This document shows positions 40,871-55,657 of a DNA stretch of 64,000 nt, in pieces. The stretch is from Octopus sinensis (Eukaryota). Position 1 is the first letter of the stretch, and each line of letters starts with the position of its first letter. The notes beneath the pieces were generated by a model. That model was not told where the DNA came from and searched no databases. It saw only the letters and a program-made list of their open reading frames with translations. The position numbers were made by a program, and so were the translations under genes. The stretch lies in assembly GCF_006345805.1 (NCBI RefSeq), contig NC_042999.1, positions 118,544,001 to 118,608,000 on the forward strand. Reading direction: 5' to 3'.

Positions 40871-41051
40871 GTTCTATATTTAAGAGATGAGGAATTATGT
40901 ACATTATTTACATTTGATGGATAATTGTCCTCATCTTGTTTGTTGTTAACACAACGTTTTGGCTGATATACCTTCCAGCCTTCATCAGATGTCTTGGGGA
41001 AATTTCAAACCTGGGTTCTCATTCCTAAGTTATTTTTCAATGTTGTTATTA

Positions 41052-41114
<63 letters not shown>

Positions 41115-41121
41115 ATTATTA

Positions 41122-41173
<52 letters not shown>

Positions 41174-41199
41174 GATTATAACTATTATTATTATTATTA

Positions 41200-41251
<52 letters not shown>

Positions 41252-41347
41252 GCCCGTGGACATATGGTGTAGTGGTTAAGAGCACGGGCTGCTAACCCTG
41301 AGATTCTGAGTTCGATTCCAGGCAGTGACCTGAATAATAATGATAAA

Positions 41348-41385
<38 letters not shown>

Positions 41386-41505
41386 CAACAACATTGAAAA
41401 ATACCTTAGGAATGAGAACTCAGGTTTGAAATTTCCTCAAGACACCTGTTGAAGGCTGGAGGGTATATCTATATGAGGACAAATATCCGTCACATGTAAA
41501 TAATG
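40871..41505. mobile_element. Inverted dimer of a tRNA-headed SINE with hammerhead-containing tail
   Basis: TSD AACTGTGAATACA at 40858-40870 and 41506-41518. ~40900-41050 is the inverse of ~41380-41505. tRNA-like head at 41252-41330 (TGGTGTAGTGG, GAGTTCGATTCC); (AAT)n spacer. Confidence 0.85.
40948..40993 (-). ncRNA. Minimal type I hammerhead (one core substitution)
   Basis: gacat CTGATGA a ggctg-gaaggtatat-cagcc AAAA cg TT gtgtt; differs from the PLE-type GAAACGTT by one G>A at a CpG. Confidence 0.75.
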
Positions 41506-44500
41506 AACTGTGAATACATCACACCTGGCTAACATCATTCAAATGAAAACCCCTTGCTGTAGAAATTGACGCATTTTTTTAACAATATAAAAAAAATCAA
41601 TTATGAGATCATCCATTTTTTTCATGTAGTGAGGAAAAGATATTAAAATTAATTTGTGTATTTTACTTTCTTTCAAAAGTGTCATTATAAGTATAAATGA
41701 TTCAAGGTATTCAATATTTAATAAATCCCATTCATTCGATGTCTATCATTTGTCCTCTCTCTTTTACTTGTTTCAGTCATTTAGACTGTGGCCATGCTGG
41801 AGTACCACCTTGAAAAACTTTAGTCACAAACATTTACCCCAGAACTTACTGTCAAGTTATGGGGATGCAGAATCACCAACACTGTTCATCAAGCAGTGAT
41901 TAGACACACACATACATACACACACACACACACATGCACACATGCACGCATGCACGCACACACACAACTGGCTTTTTAGTTTCTGTCTACCAAATCCACT
42001 CACAAGGCTTTGGTTGGCCCAAAACTATAGTAGAAGACATTTGCACAAGTTGCCATACAGTGGAACTGAACCCAGAACTACATGGTTAGGAAGCAAACTT
42101 CTTACAACACAGCCACTCAGAAATATTTTCTGCATGTTGTACATCTTCAATGTAGAGTAATGGAATAGGTTATGTTGTCTAATATTCCATTATGCTTTGC
42201 TGAAAACATACAAACACCCTGGGCCAGACTTGCACATAAATGTGTAACTTCTAGAAAACATTAAATGTTAAATGTATTACTAATACAACATCTTGAGTCA
42301 TTTACTTTTAATACTTTTATGAGAAAAAATAAAACTAAATTATTTTGATACTTTCCTCCCTTCTACACACACACACACACACAAATGGACGAATGAATTA
42401 TTAAACTGCTTATATGGAGAAATATAAAAGTATTGGGTTATTTTCCCTTTATTTTGTTTTTCAATTGATTTCTAGTTGTGCTCTCCAAACCTTCCCACCT
42501 TATTTGCTTATGACTTCTCCATTCCAACCCTCTAACTGATATATATCAGTCTTATAAAAAAAAACTGATAATTTTATTTCCTTGGTTTTTACCTATTTTT
42601 ATGCATTTATGTAATAGAATTATGCAACTATTTTATTCTATATTTATTTATATATTCCTATATCAGTAATCTCATAATAATAATCTAATTTACTAACCTG
42701 CTAAATACAATAGTTAACATACTTATTTTCCTGTCTAATGTGTTAAACTTATTTGCGAAAATGTTTACAGTTTATTACATTAACTCTTTAGCTTTATCCT
42801 GGGGATGTATCAATATCTATTATCCTGACTATGATTTAATCAAATTGCTCTGAAGAACTTAAAAATTAATTTACACTTTTAATACTCCAGATTATCATGA
42901 TTATCTACACATGGATATTTTAAGTTAATCAAGATGTTCAAGAAAACTTCTGGCTGCATGTTTAGGGTGTTTGGCTCATGCCCATAAGGAAATGGGTTTA
43001 ATTCCTGGATCAAGCAGCATATTGTGCTCTTGAGTAAAGCACTTCATTCCATATTGGTTCAATCTACTGAGCTGAAATTAGTACCAATCAAGGTGCTTTT
43101 GTTGTTGTTAAGAAACAAGATGGTTAAGGGGGATTAGGTGATGGTCTAGGGCTTAGGGGCAGGAGACCCCAGACCTTGGAAAAAAAAACAACAACTTTTG
43201 GTCGTCTTGTTGTAGTCGAGGGCTCATTGTTGACGCCTGACACCACTAGGAGGTAGCCCTCAAAGTCACTGGAAATGGAGATCTCCAGGTCCAAATTCTT
43301 GAACAGCACCAAGGTGCTAGTGCAGCTTTGCCTCCCTCCAGCTATCACATCCTGGATCTTTATTGTATCAAGAGTGAGAGGCACTGAGAGTGTGTCTGCT
43401 TGTAACAACTTGGATATCAAAAACAAATAGTGGAAGTATGATATATGCTACTTAGCCATGCTTGCTTCTAAGTATGGCTTGGTCGGCAGCTGGCTGTACT
43501 GTGCTGTGCAGTTTAAAGCTGACAGTGATGATTATTCTACTTAGAATTCTGTCACTGATAATGTGGATAATGATAATAGTAATAATGTTGATGACTGGAA
43601 TATCTGTAATCTTCATACTTTATATGCAAAAAAAAAAGTTAGGAAGATTAAGTTGGAAAGTTGCATCAAAACTCTATCATTAAAACAAAAAGACATGAAT
43701 CTTATTTTGAAAGGATGTTAATTATGTAGGAGAACAGCTGGACAAAATAAATAATAAAATGTGCCACAAAAAAAACATTCTTCTTCAGATTTTAACCCTT
43801 TTGATTCCAACCTGTGACCACCCCTTCATGGCTCCAACACAGCTGCAGTCCAATATCTCAAACAAATAAAGATTACATTGATTAAATTGGTGAATTTTAA
43901 CTAGGAGAACACTAAAAATGTTTAAATGAAAAATTGGTCTATGTATGATATGTCTAACCGCCCAAGTTTGAATCCTGGTCACAGCAGATCAGCTAATATA
44001 TTTTGTGAGGGTGCATAGCTCAGTGGTTAGAGCATCAGGCTCACAATCATGCGGTTGTGAGTTCAGTTCCTGAACTGGATCTACGTGCTGTGTTCTTGAG
44101 CAAGACACTTTATTTTACATTACTCCAGTTCACTCAGCTATAGAATTATGTTGTGATGGCCTTTGCCTTTCTCTTGGGATAACATCAGTGGTATGGAGCG
44201 GTGAAGGTGGTATGATGGGTGACTGCTGGTCTTCCATAAATAGCCTTGTCTGGACTTGTGCTTCAGAAGGGAACTTTCTAGGTGCAATCCTATGGTCATT
44301 CATTGAAGGGGTCTTTACCATTTTACCTCTTGGAAATGTTGTTCAAGATAAGGAACATTTTCAAAACACAAAAGCATTTGCCAATCAGGTCTGTTTTCTC
44401 AATTTTCCTAAACCTCTCTTTATTTATACAATTGATAATGAAAAACATTTTGATTCAACCCATACATGATTGGCTTATCATAATACTGAACTTCTTTAAA

Positions 44501-45192
44501 GTAACAATATATAGTTAACACAATTTGTAATCTCTGATCTTGCCAAAATATCAATTAGGATATTTCAAGATAGTGATTCTCATGAATTTTATTCTTGTAT
44601 TATTAGGCCTAGTTAAAAAACAAAATCTATTATGAAGTAGACAATTAAAAAACAAACCTGTACTACAGAGAAAGTGGGAAGACTATGCATATCTACAATC
44701 TTCTCAGAGAAAACCCAGGATTATCACCCTTAATATTGTAAAGGAATGTAATGACATGCCTTTTAGGCTTGACAAGTATAGAAAGTTATCAATATAATGA
44801 AGCAGAATGAGAAGTGAGACAAAAGATAAATGACTCCAGATAAGTGAGATAAAAGGAGAGTAACTAGAGGGGAAATAACATGAAAAATAGTGAATTCTGC
44901 ATGCTCTAGATACTTGAATATAGATGAAAGCAAAACTGTGTGTTAAAGCATTCATAATAATTTTACAAATAATTCTAATTTTAAATAGCAAGGATATTAT
45001 CAGTAGTACGTACATATATATACTGCATCAGTCATTACATATGGATTAATAACATTGAATAAGAACAGCTTTAGACACAATAGATTGCTACACCAATATT
45101 CTACTTAAAAGTATCCCATTCTACAAAGCAAACTAATATTTTATAAATGTCTCTTTGAGAATGTCATGGATATCTGGCTCTTCTATCATAGT

Positions 45193-46143
45193 TGTGTTGG
45201 GTTACTGGCTGTGTATAAATGCTGAACACCACTCATAAACAATGAGCAGAAGCTTTATTTACAGTACACAGAATTTTCCATGTTAGTCTTTGAATGTAGA
45301 AAACAAACAACAATTTATACACATTGGGAGAGACAAACTCTGTAGTTTATTAATAAAGTAGCTGGTCCATTGTAACTCTGTGACTATGCTGTCACAACTG
45401 GAGAAATATCATTGCTAAATTTATGATGGCAAATCTGTTGCTTCTATATGCAAAAAGCTGGAGGATGAAAATCTATATATATATAAAGCTGAAGTTGTCT
45501 GTGTATGGCAGGTTTGGTAGCCTTCAACTAACACTATCTCCTCCGAGACCCTGTGGCGCAAGTTGACCAAAATTGAGAGTATGATAGAAGAAGGCTTGCT
45601 CTTTATTCCATAGAAGAAAAAATTCAGATCGGACCATGTTAACACCAAGAATTATTTACATCAAAAAGGTGCTTTTTTTCTATGAAAATCCCTATTTTTT
45701 ACAATTTTTTGACTGCTGTTTTGCCATTTTTCGGTGTATTTCAACCAGAAAAATGTTCACTTAAAGAGAATAACAAGCTACATAATGCAAAATTTTTACT
45801 TTTCAAAAATTCCAATTCTAAAGGGTCGAAACAAACCCGAGCAACGCTGGGCGATACTGCTAGTAAGAGTATGTAATTATCAAAGCAACTGTTTGGCATA
45901 GTGAAGAGTTTTTGTTGGTGAACAAAAATGAGAATGTAGTTGTCTCTGTGATAGTCTCCACACTCTGAAGTTTAACACCAAAAATTAGCCTATTCATAAA
46001 ACTTATTAGAAGGTTCTAGAAGGTTGAATCACATGATGGCTCAATATTGATTGGGCAGTTAATTGGCCAATCATGTAAAGATATCATGACTAACAGCAAC
46101 TTTTACTCAGCTATTTCAGTGATTTGGTTTTGAATCTGCTACA
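45193..46143 (-). mobile_element. Solo LTR interrupted by a Helitron
   Basis: Homologous to 29234-29756 ('cagaagctttattta', 'tacacattggg', 'ttaattggc', 'gaatc..c.aca' end). Confidence 0.55.
45472..45863 (+). mobile_element. Non-autonomous Helitron
   Basis: A|TCTATATATATATAAAG ... hairpin cccgagcaacgctggg ... CTAG|T: canonical termini, no TSD. Confidence 0.9.
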
Positions 46144-47573
46144 AGAACATTAAGGTAAATTATTTCAGAGTAATTGTTTCAGAGAACAGTTAAAAGTCTT
46201 TTTTTAAGTAACTTAATGATGCACACTGCATTTTTGACACACAAGAAAATTTGCTGTTAGCCATTGTAGAACGTAAAGGTAAAAACTGCTGTAAGAACTA
46301 TCACTATCAGAATTTCCCTGAGAAAATGGATATTTCCCACAGTGAAACTCTAAAATTATGACAACTGGAAAATGGACATACAACAGGCAAATACATTAAT
46401 TAAAATGAAAATAAGAAAGGTGGCACTTATATAAGTAGAATGTCTTACTTAACTAGAAAAGGCTATTTCAGCTATAATCTGGTGTGTTTGAAAGTATTTC
46501 TGATATGTGAAGCAGCAGATGCAACAATAATATTCACATAAAAATCGATCATTGCCTCTAGGTATATTGAGGGAAATATTTATAATTCTTGTAATATTAA
46601 TGATAAATGTCAATTAAGTGGCCAACTTTCAGAAGCAATATATTATAATTCAATGAGATGTTTATTACTAACATCATATAGCAACCAAAATTCAACACCT
46701 AAAGTTTTGAGATACTTGTACACCATTACTTCTTTTAGAAAATAATAATGTAATGATACATTCATTGGTGATTAAGCATACAAGTAGGTTACCAAAATGC
46801 AATGCAATGAAAACCTTTAAAATGTGAATGTTCTACATGATGACATTTATAACAATATTTGAAAAACTGAGTTCAGAATTCATTTATTTTTAGTATGGGA
46901 AAACTAGCTGTGTATGTTAATTTTATAATATAGTATTTCTGCTCAGATATATGTAAGAATGTCATCGTTGTTGTCATTGTTTTAACCCTTTAGCATTCGG
47001 ATTACTCTGTCAACTGTAATGCTTATTCATTCTCGTTGTTTTAAATTAATCATGGATTATCTCATAGCTTTGAGATTTCTATCATGTTATTGTCTATTTT
47101 TGGCATGACATTCTAGGGTAGGTGTGAGAGGTCAGATCTTGGTAGTTTGAATATGAAACAGATATGAATATGTTAATGCAGTTGGTTTGTCTTTTGTGTT
47201 TGAAATCTATGCAGTCATCTAACGAAAACGGTTTTTTGCAATGATGTAATGTTTTCATTAATCAATTAAAGGATTCACTTGAAACGGCTGTAATGAATTG
47301 ACACCTGTACATCTTTGTTACTCATTTGTATTTTATTCACCTACACTGAAATATGCATTTCGGATGTTTTATACAAAGCATTTTTGTATTTTTATATAAA
47401 TTACCTGTCTGAACAACCAAGTGCTGACCTCGTCACTAAGTTGGGTCGTGTTATCTGCATACACTGCAAGAATATCAAGTGCAAACTACTGCACCTCATG
47501 AGTAAACTCCAATAGTATTTAAAGTTGGTCATTCCAAGTATATAGTTTATACTTGGAATGTTCCATTCTAAAC

Positions 47574-47619
47574 AAAACTGTCCGACAATCAAGAACATGA
47601 AACTCTGAGTAACTGTTTT
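47574..47619 (+). ncRNA. Decayed minimal hammerhead (copy 1 of 3)
   Basis: aaaactgt CCGACAA tcaagaacat GAAA ctctgag TA actgtttt. Confidence 0.6.
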
Positions 47620-47779
47620 TGTGATATTTCTGCTGCTTTTAAATAAAGTATTTCTCATTGTTTTCAACGTTTTTTTGTTTTTGATATCCTGTACCCATAT
47701 TTGCATGTATATATACATATATATGTAGGTATGTACATATATGTATGTATATATGCCTATATTTATATATCATTTATAT

Positions 47780-47823
<44 letters not shown>

Positions 47824-47827
<4 letters not shown>

Positions 47828-48895
47828 AGAGTAAGCACATAAATGTGAAACAAGGTGGAAAAATAGTACTCGAATACCAGAGGTAGAGTAATATGCTTTA
47901 TTAAAAAGCAGCAAAGATATGCAACTACTTTGATGGATACACATTTGAGAATGGTTTTCTGTCATTGGTGTCCTATCAAGTGTCCTAATGGTGTTTTAAA
48001 TAACTGGTTGAATGCAATAACAAACTGTGGTATAAGATCATATTTTTATAAAAACCTTAAATCAAATAAAGAAGGACAGAGCCTGAATGGTCCAGGGTAA
48101 ATAATTAGCTGTAAAATATTAATCAATTAATAAAAAGTCATATCTGTTTAAAAAAAAACAAATTCATTTAGCAGTATATACACATACCAAACCATCTATA
48201 ATATACATATATTCACTAAACATACTGATGCAGGTACATGGCTACATACATATACAGACATAAATATATGCACAAATGCATATATATGTATGCATGCACA
48301 CACACGCGTGTCACCAAAATCTCTTGGCGTATGCTTATATAAGTTAGTTGTTACAGGCGAAAGAAAGAGAAGGAAAATATCAGAAAATAGTAGGTGGGGG
48401 AAGAAGAAAACAGTGGAAAAGAAGGAAAAGAAAGAGAAACAGAAACTTAGAGAGAGAATGGGAAAAATATATAGGGGTGGAGAGTGTTATATGATGGCAT
48501 TTGAAAAGTATCTAAAGATGATTAGATATGTTGTTTAGCTTGTGCAACGAACATATAAAAAGACACACATAGAATTACATGTATATCTACATAAATACAG
48601 ACATACATAAAAATATTCTATTCCCACCGAAATTTTAGGTTTGCTTTGATTTTTATAATAATATGATTTCATACAGCAATTTGTTCATTGCGTGCAACCA
48701 GTTATTGAAAAGACTGTTAGTTGAAAGGATCAATGAAACAAAACCATTTTCAAATGTGTATCTATCAAACTAATTGTATATTTTTGCTTGTAACCTTATT
48801 TTTGTTCCATTCTAAACAAAACTGTCCAATGAACGGGAACGTGAAACTCTGAGTAACGATTTTTGTGATATTTTTGCTGCTTTTTAATAAAGTAT
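47824..48895. mobile_element. Non-coding PLE-type element with inverted ends, in (TA)n
   Basis: 'ctttattaaaaagcagcaaagatat' (~47896-47920) is the inverse of ~48868-48892; HHR motif near the right end; (TA)n flanks. Confidence 0.55.
48818..48863 (+). ncRNA. Decayed minimal hammerhead (copy 2 of 3)
   Basis: aaaactgt CCAATGA acg-ggaa-cgt GAAA ctc-t-gag TA acgatttt. Confidence 0.7.
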
Positions 48896-48982
48896 ATATA
48901 TACATATAGACAGATAGGTAGCTACATACATACATATGCATTTATATATAATTAGACACATCTCTCTCTCCCCACTTTCTCA

Positions 48983-49042
<60 letters not shown>

Positions 49043-49058
49043 TATATATATATATATG

Positions 49059-49117
<59 letters not shown>

Positions 49118-49542
49118 CAGATATTATTTATATACACCTATGGATGTGCATACATATATAATACATCTGCATATAAGCATGTGGGAATGTGTGTGTATAC
49201 ACATGTTTGTTCAAATTATTTTTAGATCGATGAAATCAGTAAAATATGTTATCCTTTACTTGGAAAGGGCAAGCATAGAAAAATGGACTAAAATGGAAGA
49301 ATAAAATGAAAGTGTGTGTGTGTGTGTGTGAAACTGATAAAGCAAATACAATTTATGATAAAAATTTACAATTTTATTTTGGGTAAAGTGTCAGTATCTT
49401 TTGGAGCAAAATCTTTTAATGCTGTTCGCATGCTCAACTGCCTCTGACTGTCACACACTTCCACTCCGTTTCTTGATTCACCCTCTTTTTCCATCCAAGC
49501 CTATTTTTATGCCCAGTCCACCACAGTATGTATACATATACA

Positions 49543-50379
49543 TCTCCATATATATAAAACTGAGAATGTGTGTCTGTCTGTCTGTGTGTTTCCCTAAAAC
49601 TTGAGAACTACACAACCAATTTCATTCAAATTTTACATATGCTTTACTTAAGGTCGAGGAGTGTCATCAGCAAAATTTTAACTTTTTCTCTAGGGTGACC
49701 CCACAGCAATATCATATCTTCTCCACTATTTCAGTATTACGTGTTAAAAGTGAAACAAAAACATCTCTCTTTTGTAATGCAGACACTTTCACTTTAATAC
49801 TGAAACTATTAAAGTGAAAGTATTATATAACAGGGATGAACCATTAACAGTGGTCATCCATTTTGCTAGAAGAAGATCCGCTATGGTCTTATATGCTACA
49901 CCACTGGTTTTCAATTCATATTAATCAAATTAATATTCAATTTTTCACCCTTATTATGTGTGTGTATTAGCAATTCATATAAAATTGCATCAATGACTTG
50001 AACTTGAATAAGTGGTTTCCCATAAATGGGGATAAATTAAAAAGGTTTGTTGTTATTATTATTACTGTTTGACTATTGTAATCACGTTTGTTGGTTCCTC
50101 GTCAAGGAAACGTTGTTGTGTTGCATTTGCTAAATAATTGTAAACCGTAACCCTCCCCCTTTCGGAGAAGGGGCTTTGGTTATTGTTTAAAAATTGAATT
50201 GTGTCCCTGTTTGGGGAAATTGACAATATTTTCACCGTCTTTACGGAAGCATTTTTGTTAAAATGGCTTCAATAGAAGAAAGTCCCAAAATGAATTCCAC
50301 TGCAGCCGTACACTTTTATACAAGAGGGAGGACAAGATCCAATTGATCGAAATTGCAAGAGACGGGCCTACAATTCCAG
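49543..50379 (+). mobile_element. Non-autonomous Helitron-like element
   Basis: A|TCTCCATATATATAAAACTGAG + (GTCT)n start, similar to 45472; decayed 3' end 'gcaagagacggg...CCAG|T'. Confidence 0.6.
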
Positions 50380-51461
50380 TCTGTTATATATTTTGAGTGT
50401 TGTTATCACTAGCGATATCAAGATATAACTTTGTATTTTGTATTTTATGTGTAGATGTATATATATAGATGTACATGTAATATGTACACATATATATACA
50501 CATATATACATGCATAATATATCTACCCATACACACATATGCACACACACACACACACATACATAGGGGCAGGTGTGGCTGTGTGGTAACAAACTACGTT
50601 CCAAAAACATGGTCCTGGGTTCAGTCCCACTGTGTGGTGACTTGGCATGTGTCTGCTGCTGTAGCCTCAGACCAACAAAAGCCTTCTCAGTGGATTTTGT
50701 ACATATATACAGGCATACATACATATATATACATGCATACGTACATATTCGGCATAAACATTCTACCACTACAACTAATAACTGTTGGGAACACTTTCAA
50801 ACCTGCCTTAAATTCGAACCGGAATCTCAAAAACATTGTCCCCTTACATCTCATTCTCATTTCATTCCCAACACAGGGAAATAAAACTTACTTCTCACTG
50901 CGGGACAATGGATGATGGAAACAGATATTTACTACATGATACCTTATCAAGTGAAGTATATTGTCATCCACTTCACCTCTAACCTTCATAGCATACGGAC
51001 AATTCAAACGACCCCACACCACTATACCACCACTTGCTGTCTACAAACACAGCCAGACTGAAATAATTAATACATTCTTCTAGAAGTGAATACAAAATTC
51101 TCAATCTTGAGGGGATGGGCCCCTTAGATACTAACATGGCCATTAGACTCCATATAATGGATTCTAATGGCATAGGGCCCACTTGCCATCTGGCCAGTCT
51201 GCCACTGTGTATATATATCAGCATGGCTGCAGCTCTGAGCTGAAACTAGAAAAAAAAAAAAAATATAAGAAATAGGAAAATACACACAAAATTATGTAAG
51301 TTTGAGTATTTTCCTTTTTTAATTTCTTATATACATTACAACTCATGACGTGGGGATAATCGAAATTTCTCTTTTCTGTTACTACTATATATATACACAC
51401 ACACATATATATGTATATATATCTATATCTATCTATCTATATATATATATATATGTATGTG

Positions 51462-51562
<101 letters not shown>

Positions 51563-51900
51563 ATCTGTTTCGTGTCCCCGCCCCGTTTCGTGTCCGTTGC
51601 CAGCCTCGCCTGGCCCTCGTGCCGGTGGCACATAAAAAGCACCATCCGTTCGTGGCCGTTTGCCAGCTCTGTCTGGCACCAGTGCGGGTGGCACGTAAAA
51701 AGCACCCACTACACTCACGGAGTGGTTGGCGTTAGGAAGGGCATCCAGCCGTAGAAACACTGCCAGATTTGACTGGGCCTGATGAAGCCTTCTGGCTTCA
51801 CAGACCCCAGTAGAACCGTCCAGCCCATGCTAGCATGGAAAACGGACGCTAAATGATGATGATGATGATGATGATATATAAAACTTGCTCCATTCTAAAC

Positions 51901-51946
51901 AAAACTGTCCAACAAACGGGAACGTGAAACTCTGAGTAACAGTTTT
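51901..51946 (+). ncRNA. Decayed minimal hammerhead (copy 3 of 3)
   Basis: aaaactgt CCAACAA acg-ggaa-cgt GAAA ctc-t-gag TA acagtttt; perfect 8-bp stem I. Confidence 0.7.
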
Positions 51947-52378
51947 TGTGATATTTCTGCTGCTTTTTAATAAAGTGTGTATATATATGTGTGTGTGTGT
52001 GTGTGTGGAGAGAGAGGAGTGGCACTCCTTTGGTTTTGATGGTGAGTGTTCTCCTTGATTCAATCTATAGAACAGACTGTTCCTGAAATTAATATGCAAG
52101 TAGTTGAGCACTCCACAAAAATGTAGTTCTCAGGGAGATTTCAGCATGACACAGAATGTGATATGGCTGGCTCTTTGAATCACAGAGTCTACTCCCTTTT
52201 GCCAGTTGAGTAGATTAGAGCAATGTGAAACAAAATGTCTTGCTTAAGGACACAATGTGTTGCCACAAATCAAAATCAAATTCAAAACCTTACAACCATG
52301 AATTGAACACCCTAACCACTAAGCCATGCACATTCATTGTCCAGCACCCCAAGCAGAAATATAAGGACACAGATATTG

Positions 52379-53575
52379 TTAGTTAGTTAGTTAATTAGTT
52401 AATTTTTTGGCTCAAAAAGTAAAAAGCAAGGCCATGTAGGGGGACATGGAGTTATGTACAGGGTGGTGTTCATGTAAAGAGTTCAGGCCACTTGAGGTCA
52501 AGGGAGACCTTAAACCGAGCGGTCGTCGGCATCTTCACCATCTTGTCTGGCAGCTTATTCCACGGATCCACAACCCGGATGGAGAAAGCCCCTCTGCTTC
52601 GATTGAGATGAAATCGTTGCAGATAGAGCTTTTCAGAATGACCCCGCAGCTGACGCTCTGGAGCAGGAGTGAAGAACAGCTCTTTCGAGAGGTTACACTT
52701 TTCGCTTATGATGTTGTGAGCAAGAATGAGATCTCCACGGCGTCGTCATTTTTCTAGAGAATAAAGGTCAAGCGTCTTCAGCCTTTCTTCATAAGACAAA
52801 TTCTTGAGACCAAGAACCATGCGGGTAGCCAGCTTCTGGACTCTTTCGAGATACTGTATGTCTTTTAGAAGATAAGGAGAAGAGGCTTGAATCCCGTACT
52901 CCAATATGGGTCTCACCAGCGTGACATAGAGCGGTAGGAATATGGCTGCTGTGAGCATTCCGAATGACCGTCGAATCAAGAACAGAATTCTGTGTGCTTT
53001 GTTTGCAGCATGGACACACTGGGCCGAAGGTGAAAAGGAGGAATCCACCAAGATACACAAGTCCTTTACCTGATCGGTCCTTTCCAGCAGCAGATGACCC
53101 GGCTCGAAATCAAGTTGAGTTGCAGGAGGAGAGCCAACAGGCAGATGACAACACTTTGACATGTTCAGACACAGGTCCCATTCATTAGACCATCTCCAAA
53201 TTAGGTGGAGGCATCAACGAAGATTCTCTATATCACCGTGAGGAGCGATTAGTTTGACATCGTTGGCAAATAGAAGGGTGTGTTGCGTGAGGTCGTCGAG
53301 CAAATCATTTATGAAGACTAAGAACAATAAGGGTCCAAGCACTGAACCTTGAGGCACACCACTGCTCACACTGGAGACGTCAGACCGTGAACCATTAACT
53401 TGGACTTGGAAGGAGCGATCTGAGAGGAAGGTACCAACCCATCATACAATATCCGGATGGAAACTATATGCTTGAAGCTTGACAAGTAATAGGTGGTGGT
53501 TTACCGAGTCAAAAGCTTTGGCAAAGTCCAATAAAACAATGTCAACAGCATCACTATCATCGAGGATGTGCGTCA
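52379..53575 (-). pseudogene. 5'-truncated CR1-group LINE (RT domain) with (AACT)n tail
   Basis: LLDFAKAFDSVNH, SGVPQGSVLGPLLFLVFINDL, LFANDVKL (FADD mutated), LYVTLVRPILEY, LERVQKLATRMV, YEERLKTLDLYSLE; in-frame stops. Confidence 0.92.
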
Positions 53576-54628
53576 AAATGATGTTTCCTGGGGCTAAACA
53601 GCATTAACAAGCATCCCTTCCAGGACAGCCACATTATGTTGGCAAATAGTCTTTACTTCAAAGAACTGTTACTGAATATTTCTTTTTGAGATATTTAGAA
53701 ATAATAATGTTTCTATCTTAACACAGTATTTTTTGTACAAGTATTTGAAAATGAATAAAAACTGGAAGTTCATATGTACTTTACTGGTGCCTCAGGATAA
53801 ATATATTATAAGATCATTATCATCATAATCATTGCTCATTGTTGTTGCCATCATTTTCATCATCATCATTTACCTACACACTTCCATGCTGGTATGAGTT
53901 ACGTGAATTGTTATCTTTTACCCATAGTTATTGCCCCCCTAAGCAGTTCAGTAACCATGTTGTGCTGGTAAATCATATTGGGCATGGTTTCTATGACAGC
54001 ATGCCTTTGTTATTTCCAGCCACTTTACTGCATCTGCAAGCTTACTAGCTATGTTGACAGCAAGTAGTTAGCAATAAAGCTAGTCACTGGTCTGCTCGAG
54101 AAAATAGCAATACATAGGTCTGTAAATTAATTAAATAATTTTCTCAAGGTACTCCTGTATTTAAAGATTCATCTAACTTTTGCACCATAAATAATAATGG
54201 CTTGTGATTTGGTCACAAAGCCAGAAAATTTTAGAGGAAGAGTTAAATCAGCAACAGTGATCCTATTACTTGACTGGTATATCATTTTATTGACACTAAA
54301 AAGATTTAAAGCTAAGTTGATCTCAGTATGAAATGAACTTAAATGCTAAGAGCCACAACATATATCAGAGGCATTTCCTTCAAATACTCCTAAAACAATT
54401 CAGCCAACTTGCTGCATCATAAATAATAAGAAGGAATGTTTACATTAACACTTGTCTACTATAAATAGGCATCGGAGTGGCTGTGTGGTAAGTAACTTGC
54501 TTACAAACCACATGGTTCTAGGTTCAGTCCCACTGCATGGCACCTTGGGCAAGTGTCTTCTACTATAGCCTCAGGCTAACCAAAGCCTTGTGAGTGGATT
54601 TGGTAGACAGAAACTGAAAGAAGCCTGT

Positions 54629-54725
<97 letters not shown>

Positions 54726-55341
54726 GTGTATATATGTTTGTGTGTCTGTGTTTGTTGCTCAAACATCGCTTGACAACCAATGCTTGTGTATTTACCCACC
54801 TAACCTATCAATTTCGCAAAAGAGACCAGTAGAATAAGTACTAGGCTTACAAAGATTAAGTCCTGGGGTCGATTTGCTCAACTAAAAAAAGGCGGTGCTC
54901 CAGTATGGCCACAACCAAACGACTGAAACAAGTAAAAGAGTAAAGGAGTAAAAGAAAACGAAAACCGTTTAGCGTTCAGATTACTTTGTCAAATGTAATG
55001 CTTATTTATTCACACTGTTTTGAAGTAATTATGTGTTACCTTGTAGCTTTGGGATTTTGATGATATAATTGTATATTTTAAGAATGATATCATAGGGTAG
55101 GTGTGAAAGATGAGATCTGGCTAGTTTGAGCATAAAACAGGTAGAATATTTGAACCAGATATGGCAGGTTTAAATGCTAAAGGGTTAAAAAGAATGGTAT
55201 GAATCAAATTTGGTACAAATTTCCTCATAAAACCAATCATTTTCATGGAAAATTTTTTAATCAACTTCAGTATTTTACTGATATTTATTTTATCAACTTC
55301 AGTGAAGAGAATTTGAACTCAAAATATAAAGAAATATAATA

Positions 55342-55657
55342 TTTATCTATGTGCCCTTTTCAAGCCTAGCCAGGCTCATGGGCTGGCCCAATTTCCCAGT
55401 TTCTATGGCATATGTGTTCCCCCTAACTGGATGGGACACCAGTCCATTGCAGCATTACTCAAGAAACAGGAAAAAAGAGCGAGAGAAAGTTGGGGCGAAG
55501 GAGTACAACAGGGGTCGCCACCACCCCCTGCTGGAGCCTCATGGAGCTTTAGGTGTTTTCACTCAATAAACACAAACAATGCCCAGTCTGAGAATCGAAA
55601 CCGCAATCCTCTGACCGTGAGTCCACTGCTCTAACCACTGGGCCATTGTACCTCCAC
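55342..55657 (-). mobile_element. SINE family D copy with TSD, nested in a family B remnant
   Basis: Similar to 8411-8714; AAAGAAA[T/C]ATAATA at 55328-55341 and 55658-55671. Confidence 0.75.

Noticed and set aside
41252-41330. tRNA gene
   Set aside because: A/B boxes are present but there is no convincing acceptor stem; it is a SINE head.
44705-44790. PRIITL...MPF resembling a Helitron helicase motif
   Set aside because: Too short and unsupported by flanking motifs.
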